Of a DNA stretch of 64,000 nt, positions 23,723 to 38,189 are shown piece by piece (position 1 is the first letter of the stretch; every line of letters starts with the position of its first letter). The notes beneath the pieces were generated by a model that was not told the origin of the DNA, ran no database searches, and saw only the letters and a program-made list of their open reading frames with translations. The stretch comes from Mobula hypostoma (lineage: Eukaryota), in assembly GCF_963921235.1 (NCBI RefSeq), contig NC_086097.1, positions 15,748,001-15,812,000 of the forward strand, written 5' to 3'. Both the position numbers and the translations under genes were made by a program.

Positions 23723-25709
23723 AAGTGCCACAGGTTAAACTAATCTTATTGCAACATCTAATGCTGGTTTGAATGCTGTTGTACAGCATTCTTACAAAAA
23801 ATCTGCGGAATTTTCAATTCTTTCAATGTAGTTATCTGGCGAGAATCCTGTCATCAATTTCAAAATGATTGAAGAAGCATAAATTCCTTGATTAAAGTAT
23901 TTCCCTGTCTGCTGTAGCAATCACTAACTCAGGGATTGTTGATTAATTCCCTGGAATAATGACACATGATTTTGGAGACTATGTATTGTTTACTTGTACT
24001 GAGTTAGCCCTTGCCTAGCTGTTCTGAGCTATAGTCCGAAGGTGTGAGTACCAGGCAACACATTTACAAACCTGAAAAATAAAACACGTTTTAATGAAGG
24101 GCTAGGTATCTCGGACATGAATTTCAATGTTGGGACAATTGCCAATATAGTGCTGGTTCCACCACAATAGTATTATTACAGCATGTGCTTTAGAGTGTTG
24201 TAGAATTTCTAGGTATGAATATAACACACCTTTCATGGGCAAATAGAAGAAGTTTTTTTCATGAAATAGTATGTGTGAATGTTATCAATGTGGCAAATCC
24301 TTCCCTGATGCAAATGACTGTTGGTTCAAAGAAAGTGTTTGTAGAAAGTGTCACAGACAAGGCCACAGAGAGAGAGTGCAAGTCAGACAAACAGTACAAC
24401 CAAAGAGAAAAAACACACAGAGTGAGAAGTTTCAAACACAGAACTAAACAAATGCATAAAGTGATTGAATATGAAACTGAATCAGACAACACAGGGTCTG
24501 ACAAAAGAGATCTGTCACGCCTAGAACTGCATAGCGTTGCTGAAGTAGATCGCAAAATCATCTGGATCACAACCGATATCTCTGTTGTAAAGCTGAAAAT
24601 GGATCTGGACGCAGGGTCAGCTTTATCTGCAGGGTAATTTCAGAGGCTGATTTCAACAGACTGTTTCCTAAGCTACCTGTAGATAAGACCTCAGTGATGC
24701 TAAAGACCTATACAGGTGAAAAATGTCTACCAAAGGCAAACTGAAAGTGAATGTGATGCATGGAAGCAAAACACAGCAGTTAAAGTTTTATGTGTTGAAA
24801 AGTGGAGGGCCAGCACCTTTTGGCCGTGAATGGTTGAGAAAAATCCAACTAGGCTGGCACACAGTCAAAACTCTCAATCTGTCATCAGTAGGCAACTGTA
24901 GCCCAAATGGTAGCACTAACCAGAGACTGGCACTGCTGCTTAATGCTGATGAGAAGGTTATTGGTAAACTCAAAGGCATGAAGGCCAGAATTGAACTGGA
25001 TGAAGCAGCAACACCTAGATTTCATAATTCATGTCCAGTACCTTATAAACTACATCCTAAAGTGGATTCTTAACTTCAGAGCTTGGAGGCCTCTGGCATT
25101 CTATTCAACATAGAGTGGAGTGATTGGGCAGCACCTATTGTCCCTATGATCAAGAAGGGGACGGCTGGACCTACTCACATACGCGGAAACTCAAAGTGAA
25201 CATCAACCCTGTGCTGCGTACTGTGCAGCATCCCCTGCCCCGAATAGAAGACATTTTTGCATCTTTGGCAGGAGGAGAGATATTCTCAAAGATTGACTTG
25301 TCACAAGCTTATCTGCACATAGAGATTGAGGAGTCAATAGGTCAATAGGTACATTTAATGTCAGAGAAATGTACGCAATATACATCCTGAAATTCTTTTT
25401 CTTCACAAATATCCATGAAAACAGAGAGCCCCGATGATTGATGACAGTTAAATGTTAGAACCACAAAACTTCCCCGACTTCCCCTCCCATAAACAAGCAG
25501 CAGCAAAGCAACAACCCCCGCACCCCCACCAGCAAAAAAGCATCAGCGCCCTCCACCGTGCACTCAAGTGTGCAGCAAAGCATCAATAAAGACACAGACT
25601 TGCAGTACCCCAAAAACTACTCATTCACCCAATAATTCAACATACCACAGGTTCTTCCTCTCCCTAATAAGGGGAAAAGAGGTGTCCCCATTTCACATTG
25701 AGAGGAGAG

Positions 25710-25749
25710 ACAGTCCTGATGAAGGGTCTCGGCCCGAAACATCGACTGT
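25710..25749 (+). ncRNA. Minimal type-I hammerhead ribozyme motif in a Penelope-like fragment
   Basis: ACAGUC-CUGAUGA-AGGG UCUCGG CCC-GAAAC-AUC-GACUGU. Core intact; AUC instead of GUC, probably CpG decay. Confidence 0.6.
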
Positions 25750-25811
25750 ACTTCTTCCTAGAGATGTTGCCTGGCCTGCCGCGTTCATCAGTAACTTTTA
25801 TGTGTGTGGCA

Positions 25812-27027
25812 GGTAACTATAGGCAGGATAGAGGGGAACAGATGGACATTATTTACCTGGATTTCCAAAAGTCATTCGATAAGTTGCCACATGAAAGACT
25901 TACCCGTAAGATAAGAATGCATAGAGTTGTGAGTGATCTTTTAGCATCAATACAGTAACTAATAGAAAGCAACGAGTTGGAATACATGGGTGTTTCTCTG
26001 TTTGGCAATCAGTGGTGAGCAGTGTGCCACAGGGATCGGTGCGGGGCCAGCAACTGCTCACAATATACATTAACGATCTGGAGTATCTGTGGTATCTAAG
26101 TTTGCTGAGTTAAGTGGAAAATCAAACCGTGCAGAGGATACGGAGAGTCTGCAGAGGGATATAGATAAGTTAAGTGAGTGGGCAAGGGTCTGGCAGATGG
26201 AGTACAATGTTGGTAAATGTGAGGTTGTTCACTTTGGAAAGGAAAATGGCAGATCAGATTATTATTTAAATAGTAAAAGATTGCAGCATGCAGCCATGCA
26301 GAAGAACTTGGGAGTGCTTGTGCATAAATCACAAAAGGTTGGTTTGCAGGTGCAGCAGGCTTTCAAGAAGGCAAATGGAATGTTGGCCTTCATTGCGAGA
26401 GGGATTGAATTTAATAGCAGGGAGGTTATGCTGCAACTGTACAGGGTACTGGTGAGGCTACATCTGGAGTACTGCGTGCAGTTCTTGTCTCCTTACTTGA
26501 GGAAGGATATATTGGCTTTGGAGGTGGTACAGAGGAGGTTCACCAGGTTGATTCCAGAGATGAGGGGGTTAGACTATGAGGAAAGACTGAATTGCCTGGG
26601 GCTGTACTCACTGGAAATCAGAAGGATGAGAGGAGATCCTTTGGCAACACTTAAAATTATGAAAGGGATAGATAAGATAGAGGCAGGAAATTTGTTTCCA
26701 CTGGTAGGTGAGACTCGAACTAGGGGACATAGCCTCAAAGTTCAGGGGAGTAGATTTAGGATGGAGATGAAGAGGAACTGCTTTTCCCAGAGAGTGGTGA
26801 ATCTGCAGAATTCTCTGTCCAATGAAGCAGCGGAGGCTATCTCAGTAAATATATCTAAGATAAGGTTGGATAGAGCTTTGCATAGTAGGTGAATTAAGGG
26901 TTATGAGGAAAAGGCAGGCAGGTGGAGGTGAGTCCATGGTCAGATCAGCCATGATCTTATTGAATGGCGGAGCAGGCTCAATGGGCCGGATGGCCTACTC
27001 CTGCTCCTATTTCTTATGTTCTTATGT
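25812..27027 (+). mobile_element. CR1 LINE RT-to-3' fragment
   Basis: [16 protein letters not shown]; 267-aa ORF 26089-26892 (SKFA...WQMEYNVGKC...YRVLVRLHLEYCVQF); (ttcttatg)n tail. Confidence 0.93.
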
Positions 27028-27939
27028 AACCAGAAAATGTGTCAAAACTCAGATCATAGTTGGGCCTTGTAAACTACTACCAAAGGATTCTCCCAAATCT
27101 TGCTACAGTGCTGCACCCATTGAATACATTATTACAGACAGGAGCAAAGTGGGAATGGTCAGAAAGATGTGAAAGAGCATTCAAGGAAACAGTCTGCTAC
27201 CCAATTGCAAAGTTGTGCACATTTCCTAGGAACCCACTCTTGTGACATAAAGCTCAAGGGTAACAAACAACCCAGCAACTCAGACCAGCCAGGTGTGTTC
27301 TTTGGCTGAGCATCCAAGTTGGCTCCTGGTAGCATAGCTGCAAGAACCAGACCATTGATGTGGAGATCATACATGAAAGCATCATGTGGACCAGATGCTA
27401 GATACTCAGCCTAAGAACACACCTGGTTAGGCTGCGTCCAACAAGATGGACACATTATATTCGCCCCTCAGTGATCATGTCACGAATAGCAACGTGTCAC
27501 CGGCAATAGAGAAAGTTGTCTTTGATAAGACACCTGCTAAACCAGATGTCACTCCACAGGTCCAGAGGTGCTATCCTGAGAGAAACAGAGCGCCACCCAA
27601 AAGATTGGATCTTTAGTATAGTGAAGTTAGTTATGGACTGTGATTTAAAAAAAAATTCAATCAACAGTGTTTTTGCGAAAGCATGTTTATTTGGACAAGG
27701 TCTGTTAAAGGAAATTGAATGTTTTGTTACATATACAGTTTTATGTTACATTAATCTAAAGGAGGAGGAAGTGTAATGTACAGATTTTAGTGCAATGACT
27801 TCCCTTTCATTAATTATTTACTGATAACTTACACATGCGCATTAATTTGTTACTCTCTCTGCAAAGTCGATATACATATTAACTTCACCTCTGAGTGTGT
27901 ATTGTTATTTATTTGATATGTAGTTGCACAGGCACAACA

Positions 27940-28330
27940 AGTTATTCAGACCAAACAGCAGAATGGGAAGAAATGTGATCTAAATGACTTTGACCATGGG
28001 ATAATTGTTGGTACCAGACGGGGTGAGGATCTCAAAAACTGCTGAACTCCTGGGATTTTCGCACACAACCATCACTAGAGTTAACAGAAAAGCAACAAAT
28101 ATCCAGTCAGTGGTAGTTCTGGAGGTGAAAATCCCTTGTTAATGAGAGAGGTCAGAGGAGAATGGCCAGACTGGTTCAAGCTAACAGGAAGGCAACAGTA
28201 ACTCGAATAACCACAGGTTACAACAGTGCTTTGCAGAAGAGCATCTCTGAATACACAACATTCAAGTGGATGGGCTACAGCTGCGGAAGACCATGAACAT
28301 ACACTCAGTGACCACTTTATTAGGTACCTG
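27940..28330 (+). mobile_element. Tc1-family fragment (transposase N-terminal HTH region)
   Basis: KCDLNDFDHGIIVGTRRG...SKTAELLGFSHTTITRV; TIR-like cactcagtgaccactttattaggtac at ~28302. Confidence 0.7.
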
Positions 28331-28564
28331 AGTGTCTGTGTGAGTACAGTACTAGAGCAGTTAATAAATGGGTTCTTGTTCTGCTTCTGCATATGCTGAT
28401 TGGACATATGAGGTCTGTAAACTTTTCCTGGTTGTTTCCCCATGGCCATGATTGTCTCTGGCTTCCTCCTCTGGGATATAATTACTTCAACAATGAAGGC
28501 TCCTTGGCCCTGTGATGTGCAGGATCTCTTTTACATGTAGCTCCATTCAGCCTTGTATCACTTG

Positions 28565-29310
28565 TAACATTTGGACACTAGTAATAATTACATCAGGCTG
28601 CTGTTTATTGACTACAGCTCAGCGTTCAACACAATCATACCCTCAGTTCCAATCAACAAGCTCCAAAACCTGGCCCTCTGTACTCTGCAACCGGATCCGT
28701 GACTTCCTCACCAGGAGATCAGTCCTCCTTGCTCAACACCGGTGCACCTTAAGGATGTGTGCTAAGCCCATTGCTCTACTCTCTACACCCATGATTATGT
28801 GGCTTGGCGTAGCTCAATAAATTTGCTGACAGCACAGTTATTGGTGGCAGAATTTCAGATGGTGACAAGGAGGCTTATAAGAGCAAGATGGATCAGCTTG
28901 TTGAGTGGTGTTCCAGCAACAATCTTGCACTCAATCGCAGAAAGACCAAGGGATTGATTGTGGACTTCAAGAAAGGGAAGTTGAGGGAACACACACCAGT
29001 CTTTATCAAGGGATCAGAAAGGAAAAGGGTGAGAAATTTCAAGTTCCTGAGGATATATCCTGGGCCCAACATATCGTTGCAATTACAAAAAAGGCACGAC
29101 GGTGGCTATATTTCATTCGGAGTTTGAGGAGATTTGATATGTCATCCAAGACACTTGTAAATTTCTGTAGATGTACCATGGAGAGCATTGGAACTGGTTG
29201 CATCACCATCTGGTGTAGAAAGGCCACTGCACAGAACTGGAAAAAGCTGCAGAAAGTTGTAAACTCAGTCAGCTCCATCATGGGCACTAGCCTCCCCAGC
29301 ATCCAGGAGA
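28565..29310 (+). mobile_element. Rex1/Babar RT fragment
   Basis: [52 protein letters not shown]. Confidence 0.85.
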
Positions 29311-30065
29311 GTGGTAGGCACATGGAACAACCTGCCAAGGGTGATGTTGGAGACAAACACATTAGAGAAATTTAAAAGACTCTTAGATAAGCACAGGTAT
29401 GATAGAAAATTAAGGGCTATGAGGGACGGATGGTTTAGATTGATCTCAAAGTAGATTAAAAGGTTGGCACATCACGGGTCGAAAGGCCTCTGTTGTTCTA
29501 TATTGACAGAAACAGGCCCTTTAGCCCAAGTCCTATGAAGTACAAAGTTAATTTTATTATTAAAGTACATATATGTCACCATTTATAACCCTGAGATTCA
29601 TTTTCTTGTGGGCATACTGTGGCCACATCATCTGCACCATCTTGTTCACCCGCCTATGCTGACCAAGGCCTTACCTGAGCTAATCCCATTTGCCTGCTGT
29701 TGGCCCATATCTATCTAAATCTTTCCTATCCAAGTACGATTCATTCTGACAGCTCGTTCTACATACCCACCAACCTCTGTGTGAAAAATGTGCCTGTTAG
29801 GTCCCCTATTCATGGGAAATAGCTTGCGCCCATCCACTTTATCCATACTCCTCCTGATTTTATATACCTCTAAAAGAATAACCCTTCTCCACAAGAAAAT
29901 TGGTCCAATCCAATCCAGTTTCTTCTTATACTTAAACTTTCCAGTCCTGGCAACAGCTTTATGAATATTTTTTGCACCTTCTCTAACTTAATCATATCCT
30001 TCCTTTAGATTGTGACTGGAATTGCACACAGTACTTCAGGTGTTATCTCAACTGTTAACTGACAT
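29310..30065. mobile_element. CR1 3' ends, tail-to-tail (plus 29310-29500, minus 29505-30065)
   Basis: Both match CR1 3' regions seen elsewhere in the window. Confidence 0.6.
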
Positions 30066-30069
30066 CCCA

Positions 30070-31275
30070 GTTTCAAAGTTCAAAGTTCAAAGTAAATTTA
30101 TTACCAAAGTACAGATACTTCACCCTGAGATTCATTTTCATGCAGCCATACTCAATAAATCCAATAACCATAACAGAATCAATGAAAGACCACGCCAACA
30201 GGATGGACAACCAGCGCGCAAAAGACAACAAGCTGTGCAAATACAAAAAGAAAGAAAAAAAAAGAACATAATGATAACAAATAAATAGGCAATAAATGTT
30301 AAGAACATGAGATGAAGAGTCCTTTAAAGTGAGTCCATAGGTTGTGGGAACAGTTCAGTGATGGTGCGAGTGAAGTTATATCCTCTGGTTCAGGAGCCTG
30401 ATGGTTAACGGGTAATAACTGTTCCTGAGAAGAGAGCATGATCTGAGTGGTGGGGGTCCCTGATGATGGATGCTGTTTTCCTGCAACAACCCTCTAGGTA
30501 GATGTGCCCAATGGTGGGCAGGGTCTTACCTGTGATGAACTGGGATCTATCCATTACTTATTGTAGAATTTTCCACTCAAGGGCATTGGTGTTTCCATAC
30601 CAGTCTGAGATGCAGCCAGTCAATATACTTGCCACCGCACATCTATAAAAGTTCGTTAAAGTTTAGTTGTCTTGCCAAGTTTTTGCAAACACCTAGGGAA
30701 GTAGAGTTGCTGCCTTGCTTTTATTGTAATTGCACTTAGGTGTTGGGCCTAGGACAGGTCTTCTGAAATGATAACACTGAGAATTTAAAGTTGCTAACCC
30801 TCTCCACCTCTGATCCCCCAATGAGGACTGGCTTATGGACCTCTGGTTTGCTCCTCCTGTAGTTAATAATCAGCTCCTTGGTCTTGCTGACATTGAGTGA
30901 GAGGTTGTTGTTGTGGCACCACTCGGCCAGATTTTCAATCCCCCTCCGATATGTTGATTCTTTGCCACCATTGGTTCAGCCAACAACAATGATGTCAACA
31001 GCAAGCTTAAATATGGCACTGGAGCTTGTGCTTGGCTGCAAGAGTTATAGGTATGAAGGGAGTAGATCGGGGGGTAAGCACACAGCCTTGCAGTACGTCA
31101 GTGCTGATGGAGATTGTGAAGGAGACGTTGTTTCCAATCCAAACTGACTGAGGTCTGCAAGTGAGGAAATTGAGGATCCAGCTGCACAATGAGATACTGA
31201 AGTCAAGGTCCTGACACTTATTGATTAGTTTTGAGGGGATATTAGTACTGAATGTCGAGCTATAGTTCATGTAGT
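30070..31275 (-). mobile_element. Rex1/Babar RT-to-3' fragment
   Basis: SSTFSTNIPSKLINK...LCSWILNFLTCRPQSVWIGNN; tail (tttgaac)n. Confidence 0.85.
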
Positions 31276-31932
31276 TCTTGCCCCAACCTATGAAACACAG
31301 CATATAATATGTTTCATTAGCACCAGTTCACTGGTGGTGGTGTTACCATTGTCTTAAGCTTGGCTGGTGGTTACCTATACCAACAATCGTATGTGTCACA
31401 CTTAATTTGGAGGGACAAGCATCACAAATAAAGTCATTTCCTTGATACAGCAAGTCTAATCTAATTTCACAGTGCAGTACAGAAAGAACTCAATACACAA
31501 CATTTCCAGCCCTCTGTGCAAAGAAGTTTAGACTCATCTCACACCCGAAGTAACACATTCCATGACATCTAGGTCAGCGATGATAAATCCGATTCTGAAC
31601 TGAATGATCTCTTATCTGGATACCACATCCCTGGTTCTGAACTCTTCACTGAGTTAAAGTAAACTCTCATTCTCTGTGGAGTCAATTTCTCATCAAACCT
31701 TCTATTTAATTCCCTACTGCTGGTGGTTCTGTGCCAAGATCACAAGATTTTGGATTCAATCCTTCAAATTTTCAGCCTCCTAAGTTCTCCTTCGTCCTTT
31801 TGAAATACTTCTTATGGCTTCCTTGGAGCTTTTAGTTAACTACATAGTGTCTCTTCATGTGGCTCAGCTATGGGTTATCTATTTTAGTTTTAGTTTATTT
31901 ATGCTATTTCATTTAGCAATACAGGCCCTTCT

Positions 31933-32990
31933 TGTTATGTTTTGTAACTCCAAAACAGGAAAGTAATCGAAAAAAAACATGGAGCCAAGAATGTGTGTCT
32001 TAGTTTTGTTTTTACTTTAAACATGCATATTTGTAGTGGTAACATGATGACTTATGCCTTTCGTGTACTTTTACATGTAACCCACAGTGAATTATTTAAA
32101 CAACTAGGAATGAAACATAGAAACAAAGAAAATAAGTGCAGGAGTAGGCCATTCGGCCCTTCGAGCCTGCACCGCCATTCAGTACGATCATGGCTGATCA
32201 TCCAACTCAGAACCCTGTACCTGCCTTCTCTCCATACCCCCTGATCCCTTTAGCCACAAGGGCCTTATCTAACTCCCTCTTAAATATAGCCACTGAACTG
32301 GCCTCAACTGTTTCCTGTGGCAGAGAATTCCACAGATTCAGCACTCTCTGTGTGAAGAAGTTTTTCCTCATCTCAGTCCTAAAAGGCTTCCCCCTTTATC
32401 TTCAAACTGTGATCCCTCGATCTGGACTTCCCCAACTTTGGGAACAATCTTCCTACATCTAGCCTGTCCAATCCCTTTAGAATTTTATACATTTCAATAA
32501 GATCCCCCCTCAGTCTTCTAAATTCCAGTGAGTATAAGCCTAGCTGATCCAGTCTTTCATCATATGAAAGTCCTGCCATCCCAGGAATCAATCTGGTGAA
32601 CCTTCTTTGTACTCTCTCTATGGCAAGAATGTCTTTCCTCAGATTAGGGGACAAAAACTGCACACAATACTCGAGGTGTGGTCTCACCAAGGCATTGTAC
32701 AACTGCAGTAGTACCTCCCTGCTCCTGTACTCGAATCCTCTTGCTATGAAAGCCAGCATACCATTCGCCTTTTTCACCGCCTGCTGTACCTGCATGCCCA
32801 CTTTCAATGACTGGTGTATAATGACACCCAGGTCTCGTTGCACCTCCCCTTTTCCTAATCGGCCACCATTCAGATAATAATCTGTTTTCCTGTTCTTGCC
32901 ACCAAAGTAGACAACCTCACACTTATCCACATTAAATTGAATGCTTCATCAAACAATATATATGCAATATTGCTCAAATATTACGGATGT
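31933..32990 (-). mobile_element. LTR (minus) split by a young CR1 (32113-32938, minus)
   Basis: LTR end tgttatgttttgtaactc is the reverse complement of 34850-34867. CR1 ORF 32379-32930; gaatg duplicated at 32108-32112 and 32939-32943. Confidence 0.75.
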
Positions 32991-33219
32991 GTTATAGTAT
33001 TCTATATAATACACAGTATTCCATCTGCCACTTTTCACCCATTCTTCCAATTTGTCTAACTCCTGCTACAATTGCATTGCTTCCTCAGCACTACCTACCC
33101 CTCCACCTATCTTCATATCATCCACAGACTTTACCACAAAGCCATAAATTCCATGATCTAAATCATTGACAAACAATGTGAAAAGCAGTGGTCCCAATAC
33201 TGACCCCTGAGGAACACTT

Positions 33220-34867
33220 GGTCTGGTGGCCTGGAATAGATCAGTAAATTGATTAACCTTCCATGTACCGTTCAGAATGCCAACATGTCCAGATGTCCAG
33301 AAGATGCCAAGAGCAATGCCTCTTCATCCCTGAGAAGGCATGCATTGCCCTGGTAGAGGATTCATGTGGATTTTGCTAGTCCATTCATGGGCACAAATCC
33401 CTTGGTATTAGTGGATGCACTTACAAAGTGGCCAGACGTGTTCCTAACAGGCCCCACTGCAACCTTACACATCGTTGACATGCTGAGAAGGGTCTTCTCA
33501 AGGAGTACTAGAACGCTTAGTCAGTGACAATGGACCAGTTTGTTGTGGAACAGTTTCAGCCATTCCTGAAAATGAATGGAATAAGACATATTACATCTGC
33601 ACTGTGCCTCCCAGCTGCAAATGGTTCTGTGGGAAAGTTTGTCCAGAGTCTAAAGAACACTTTGCTAGCAATTCAGCAGTGCACACTACACTGACAGTAA
33701 ATCAGAAGTTCGCCAATTTTCTCCTTGCTTTTTGCAATCCCGCACACTCCACAACCAACAACTCACCAGCTATGCTGTTCCTGGGTTGTCCCTTGCACTC
33801 ACAGTTGGATCTTCTCAAACCCAGACTCAGGAGTATGCAAAGTTCAAAGTTCAAAATAAAACTCATTATCATAGTATGTACATGTCACCGCCTACAACCC
33901 TAAGATTCTTTTTCTGCTGACTGTAAACAGGATCAGCGGATAACAAACTGTACAAATGTAGATAAAAATAATTAGCAATAAATAACAAACATGAAATAAC
34001 AAGCTAAAGAGTCCTTAAAGTGAGAGTATCCATTGTGGGAGCAGCAGAAATAGAATGAATGTAGTTATCCCCATTGGTTCAAGAGCCTGATGGTTGAGGG
34101 GTAGTAATTGCTCTTGAACCTGGTGGTGTGAGTCTGGAGGCACCTGTACCTTCTACCTGATGGCAGTAGTGAGAAAATAGCATGGCCTAGGTAGTGAGGA
34201 TCTTTGGCGATGGATGTTGCTTTTCTACGGCAACTTTTCATGTAGATGTGCACAATTATTGGGAGGGTTTTACCTTTGATGTACTGGGCCGGATCCACTA
34301 CCTTCTGTAGGAATTTCCACCCAAAGGCATTGGTGTTTCCATACGAGGCTGTAATGCAGCCTTTCAGCACACTTACCACCACATATCTATAGAACTTTGC
34401 AAGGTTTTTGATGACATGCCGAATTTCCGTTGACTCCTCAGGAAGTAGAGGCGCTGTCACGCTTTCTTTGTAATTATGTTTATATGGTGTGTCCAGGACA
34501 GGTCCTCTGAGATAGTGACACCCAGCAATTTAAAGTTACTGACCCCCTCCACCTCTGATCCACCAATAAATGCGTGTGTGTGTGTGTATGTGTGAATCAA
34601 TTGAGATGTATTCTATATTGAGTTGGACTTTATTATTAAGCAATGAGGAGTGTTACTTAATATTTCAGTAATATTTGAGTTATGTATATTGTTTGATTAA
34701 GCATCCTTTGTTTACATAATTCATTGCAGGTTATGTGTAAAAGTATGTGAATGGCAGATGTCATTATGTCACCAGGTCACATGTGAGCACATCACTAAGG
34801 TAGAACAAAAGATCCCTGGCTCCTGTTTTTTTCTTTTAATTAGTTTTTCGAGTTACAAAACATGGCA
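33220..34867 (+). mobile_element. Gypsy integrase fragment and 3' LTR (34651-34867), interrupted by Rex1/Babar (33838-34565, minus)
   Basis: WWPGID, RIHVDFASPFMG...LVLVDALTKWPDV, LVSDNG, FLKMNGIRHITSA; purine tract gaggag before TG. Confidence 0.8.
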
Positions 34868-35264
34868 AAAATTAATCAATAAGGAAGGGTTGAGTTGTTC
34901 CCCAATCTCAACAATTCACTTCCAAAAGTTTTGTCACAATGTGCTGTTGATTATGGTGTGTCCTCCAAATGCTTGGCCGTTGTATAGTTTTCAATCAGCA
35001 TATTGGATGTCATTTCAGAAGCTTGTTTGTGAAGTGGAGAGGAATATGCAGCATGCAAGGGAATTCCCAGGAGCATGGCTTTCTATGAACAATTCTGTAA
35101 GCAAACATGAAGACCTTAGTCCTATTCATGAGTTGATGCAAGCAAAATTCCAGACAACAATGCACAAAGTTTGCCACACAGCTTATCAGTGAAAAGTTTA
35201 CAAGTAAATTACCAAGATCAGAGAACAATTCAACCTGATCATCAACCACCATGTGACCATCTAC

Positions 35265-36260
35265 ACATAGAACCATAGAAACTACAGCACAGAAACAGGC
35301 CTTTTGGCCCTTCTTGGCTGTGCCAAACCATTTTCTGCCTAGTCCCGCTGACCTGCACACGGACCATATCCCTCCATACACCTCCCATCCATGTATCTGT
35401 CCAATTTAATTTTAAATGTTAAAAAAGAACCCGCATTTACCACCTCGTCTGGCAGCTCATTCCATACTCACACCACTCTTTGTGTGAAGAAGCCCCTAAT
35501 GTTCCCTTTAAACATTTCCCCCCTCACCCTTAACCCATGTCCTCTGTTTTTTTTTTTCACCTTGCCTCAGTGGAAAAAGCCTGCTTGCATTCACTCTATC
35601 TATACCCATCATAATTTTATATACCTCTGTCAAATCTCCCCTCATTCTTCTACGATCCAGGGAATAAAGTCCTAACCTATTCAACCTTTCTCTGTAACTG
35701 AATTTCTCAAGTCCTGGCAACATCTTTGCAAACCTTCTCAGCACTCTTTCAACCTTATTTATATCCTTCCTGTAATTTGGTGACCAAAACTGAACACAAT
35801 ACTCCAGATTCGGCCTCACCAATGCCTTATACAACCTCATCATAACATTTCAGCTCTTATACTCAATACTTTGATTAATAAAGGCTAATGTACCAAAAGC
35901 TTTCTTTACGACCCTATCTACCTGTGACGCTACTTTTAGGGAATTTTCTATCCGTATTCCCAGATCCCTCTGTTCCACTGCACTCCTCAGTGCCTTACCA
36001 TTAACCCTGTATGTTCTACCTTGGTTTGTCCTTCCAATGTGCAATACCTCACACTTGTCTGCATTAAACTCCATCTGCCATTTTTCAGCCCATTTTTCTA
36101 GCTGGTCCAAGTCCCTCTGCAGGCTCTGAAAACCTTCCTTGCTGTCTACTACACCTCCAATCTTTGTATCATCAGCAAATTTGCTGATCCAATTTACCAC
36201 ATTATCATCCAGATCATTGATATAGATGATAAATAACAATGGACCCAGCACTGATCCTGC
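35265..36260 (-). mobile_element. CR1 LINE RT-to-3' fragment (young)
   Basis: GSVLGPLLFIIYINDLD...SKFADDTKIGG; LYKALVRPNLEYCVQFWSP; one frameshift near 35845. Confidence 0.95.
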
Positions 36261-36261
36261 A

Positions 36262-37445
36262 TTATTTCCACTAATCAATGCGCTCTAAGTCCTCGGCCTC
36301 AATACCATCCCGTGCAACTGGATCCTCACTTGGAGACCCAGTCAGTTTGGATTGGTAATAACATCTCCTCCACAATCGCCATCAGCGGAGATGCACCACA
36401 AGGCTGTGTGATTAGCCTCCTGCCCTACTCACTTTATACTTATGATTATGTGGCCAAGTGCAGCTCCAATGCTATATTCAAGTTTGCTGATGACACCACT
36501 GTTAGTGGCTGAATCAGAGGTGGTGACGAATCAGCATTTAGAAGGGAGATTGAAAATCTGGCTGAATGGTGCCACAGCAATAACCTCTCACTCAATGTTT
36601 GCAAAACCAAAGAGCTGATTATCGGCTACAAGAGGAGGAATATAGAGGTCCATCAGCCAGTCCTCATGAGGGGATCAGAGGAGTAGTGGGTCAGCAACTT
36701 TAAATTCCTTGTTGTTATCATATCAGAGTATCTCTCCTGGATCTCGCACATCAGTGCCTTTACAAAGAAGGCATGGCAGCTCTTCCACTTCTTTAGAAGT
36801 TTTCACTGAATCAGCAAGTCATCTAAAACTTGGACAAATGTCTATAGATGCCTGGTGGAGAGCGAAGTGACCGGTTGCAGCCCGACCTGGTATGGGTACA
36901 CCTGTGCCCTTTAGTGGGAAAACCTACAAGTATTGGATACAGCCCCATCCATTACAGTAAAGCCCTCCCTACCAATGAACACATCTACATGGAATACTGT
37001 TGCAGGAAGTCAACATCCATCATCAAGGACACCCACCATCCAGGCCATGCTCTCTTCTCACTGCTGCTGTCAGGAAGAAGGTACAGGAGCCTCAGGACCC
37101 ACACCACCAGGTTCAGGAACAGTTATTGCCCCTCAACCATCAGGCTCTTGAACCAGAGGGGATAACTTCAGTCACCCCAACACTGAGCTGATACATTAAC
37201 CCATAGACTCACCTTTAGGAACTCTACAACTTATGTTCTTGATATTTATTGCTTATTTATTACTATTATTCTCTTGTGCTTGCATTGTTTGTTGTCTTTT
37301 GCACATTGGTTGATGTGTATCCTGTTTTTCACTGATTCGATTGTTTCTTGTATTTAATATGAATGCCCACAAGATAATTAATCTCAGGGTAGTATATGGT
37401 GGCATATATATACTTTGATAATAAATTTACTTTGATCTTTGAAGC
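36262..37445 (+). mobile_element. Rex1/Babar RT-to-3' fragment
   Basis: GDAPQGCVISLLPYSLYTYD...KFADDTTV; TSIIKDTHHPGHALFSLLLSGRRYRSLRTHTTRFRNS. Confidence 0.9.
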
Positions 37446-38189
37446 TTTGATAAGATAGACTCTTGACCTCATGATGTATCTCGTCATGAATCTGCTCGTT
37501 TTTGCCGGGCTGCACTGCACTTTCCCTGTAACAGTAGCACTTCATTCTGCATTCTTTCAATACTTCCCCTTGCACTATCACAATGCACTGATGCGATGAA
37601 ATGATCTGTATGGATGGCATGCAAACAAAGTTTATCACTGCACCTCGGTATGTGACAGTAATACACAAACTATCAATTAGCTTAAAGAGTTTGGCACAAT
37701 ATCATGGGCAGGATGGCCTGTCCTGTGCTGTATCGTTCTATATGCTATGTAGCGTTTCTAAACCCCAACGTCCCTGGAACACATTCTAAGCGTTCTAAAC
37801 ACATTCTTTTCACCCTGGGAAAACACTCTGACTGTCTTCCCTTTGAGGCTCTTTTTCTACCAAGGTCAAGTTTATAAGCTATCAAGAGATGAGGTACAGG
37901 GATCCTGGAGAATATTTAAAACACATACAGCAGGAATTTAACTTGTTGGGCTGGTTAAAGATGTATTCTAAATATGTCCTGATATAATGCAACTTGAATT
38001 TGTAAGTAAAAAGTTAATAGATAATGCAAGTATTATTTATGACTCAATGCTGGTAGTTAGATAATAGACAATTCAAGATTACCATTATATAGGATGTTTA
38101 TCATAGGCATACAAGAGAGTTTTTCCTGTCAATGTTTCTTTACCCAACCGCAGTAAATTGTAATTTCACAATATGCATTCTTTGTTTTC

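Larger units (their letters stand above)
24280..27939 (+). mobile_element. Gypsy LTR retrotransposon relic (gag knuckle, protease, RT, 3' LTR), with insertions at ~25336-27028
   Basis: CRKCHRQGH knuckle; LKMDLDAGSALS protease; PLPRIEDIFASLAGGEIFSKIDLSQAYLH RT; resumes LGLVNYYQRILPNLATVLHPL. PPT aaaggaggaggaag then a TG...CA LTR at 27772-27939. Confidence 0.85.
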
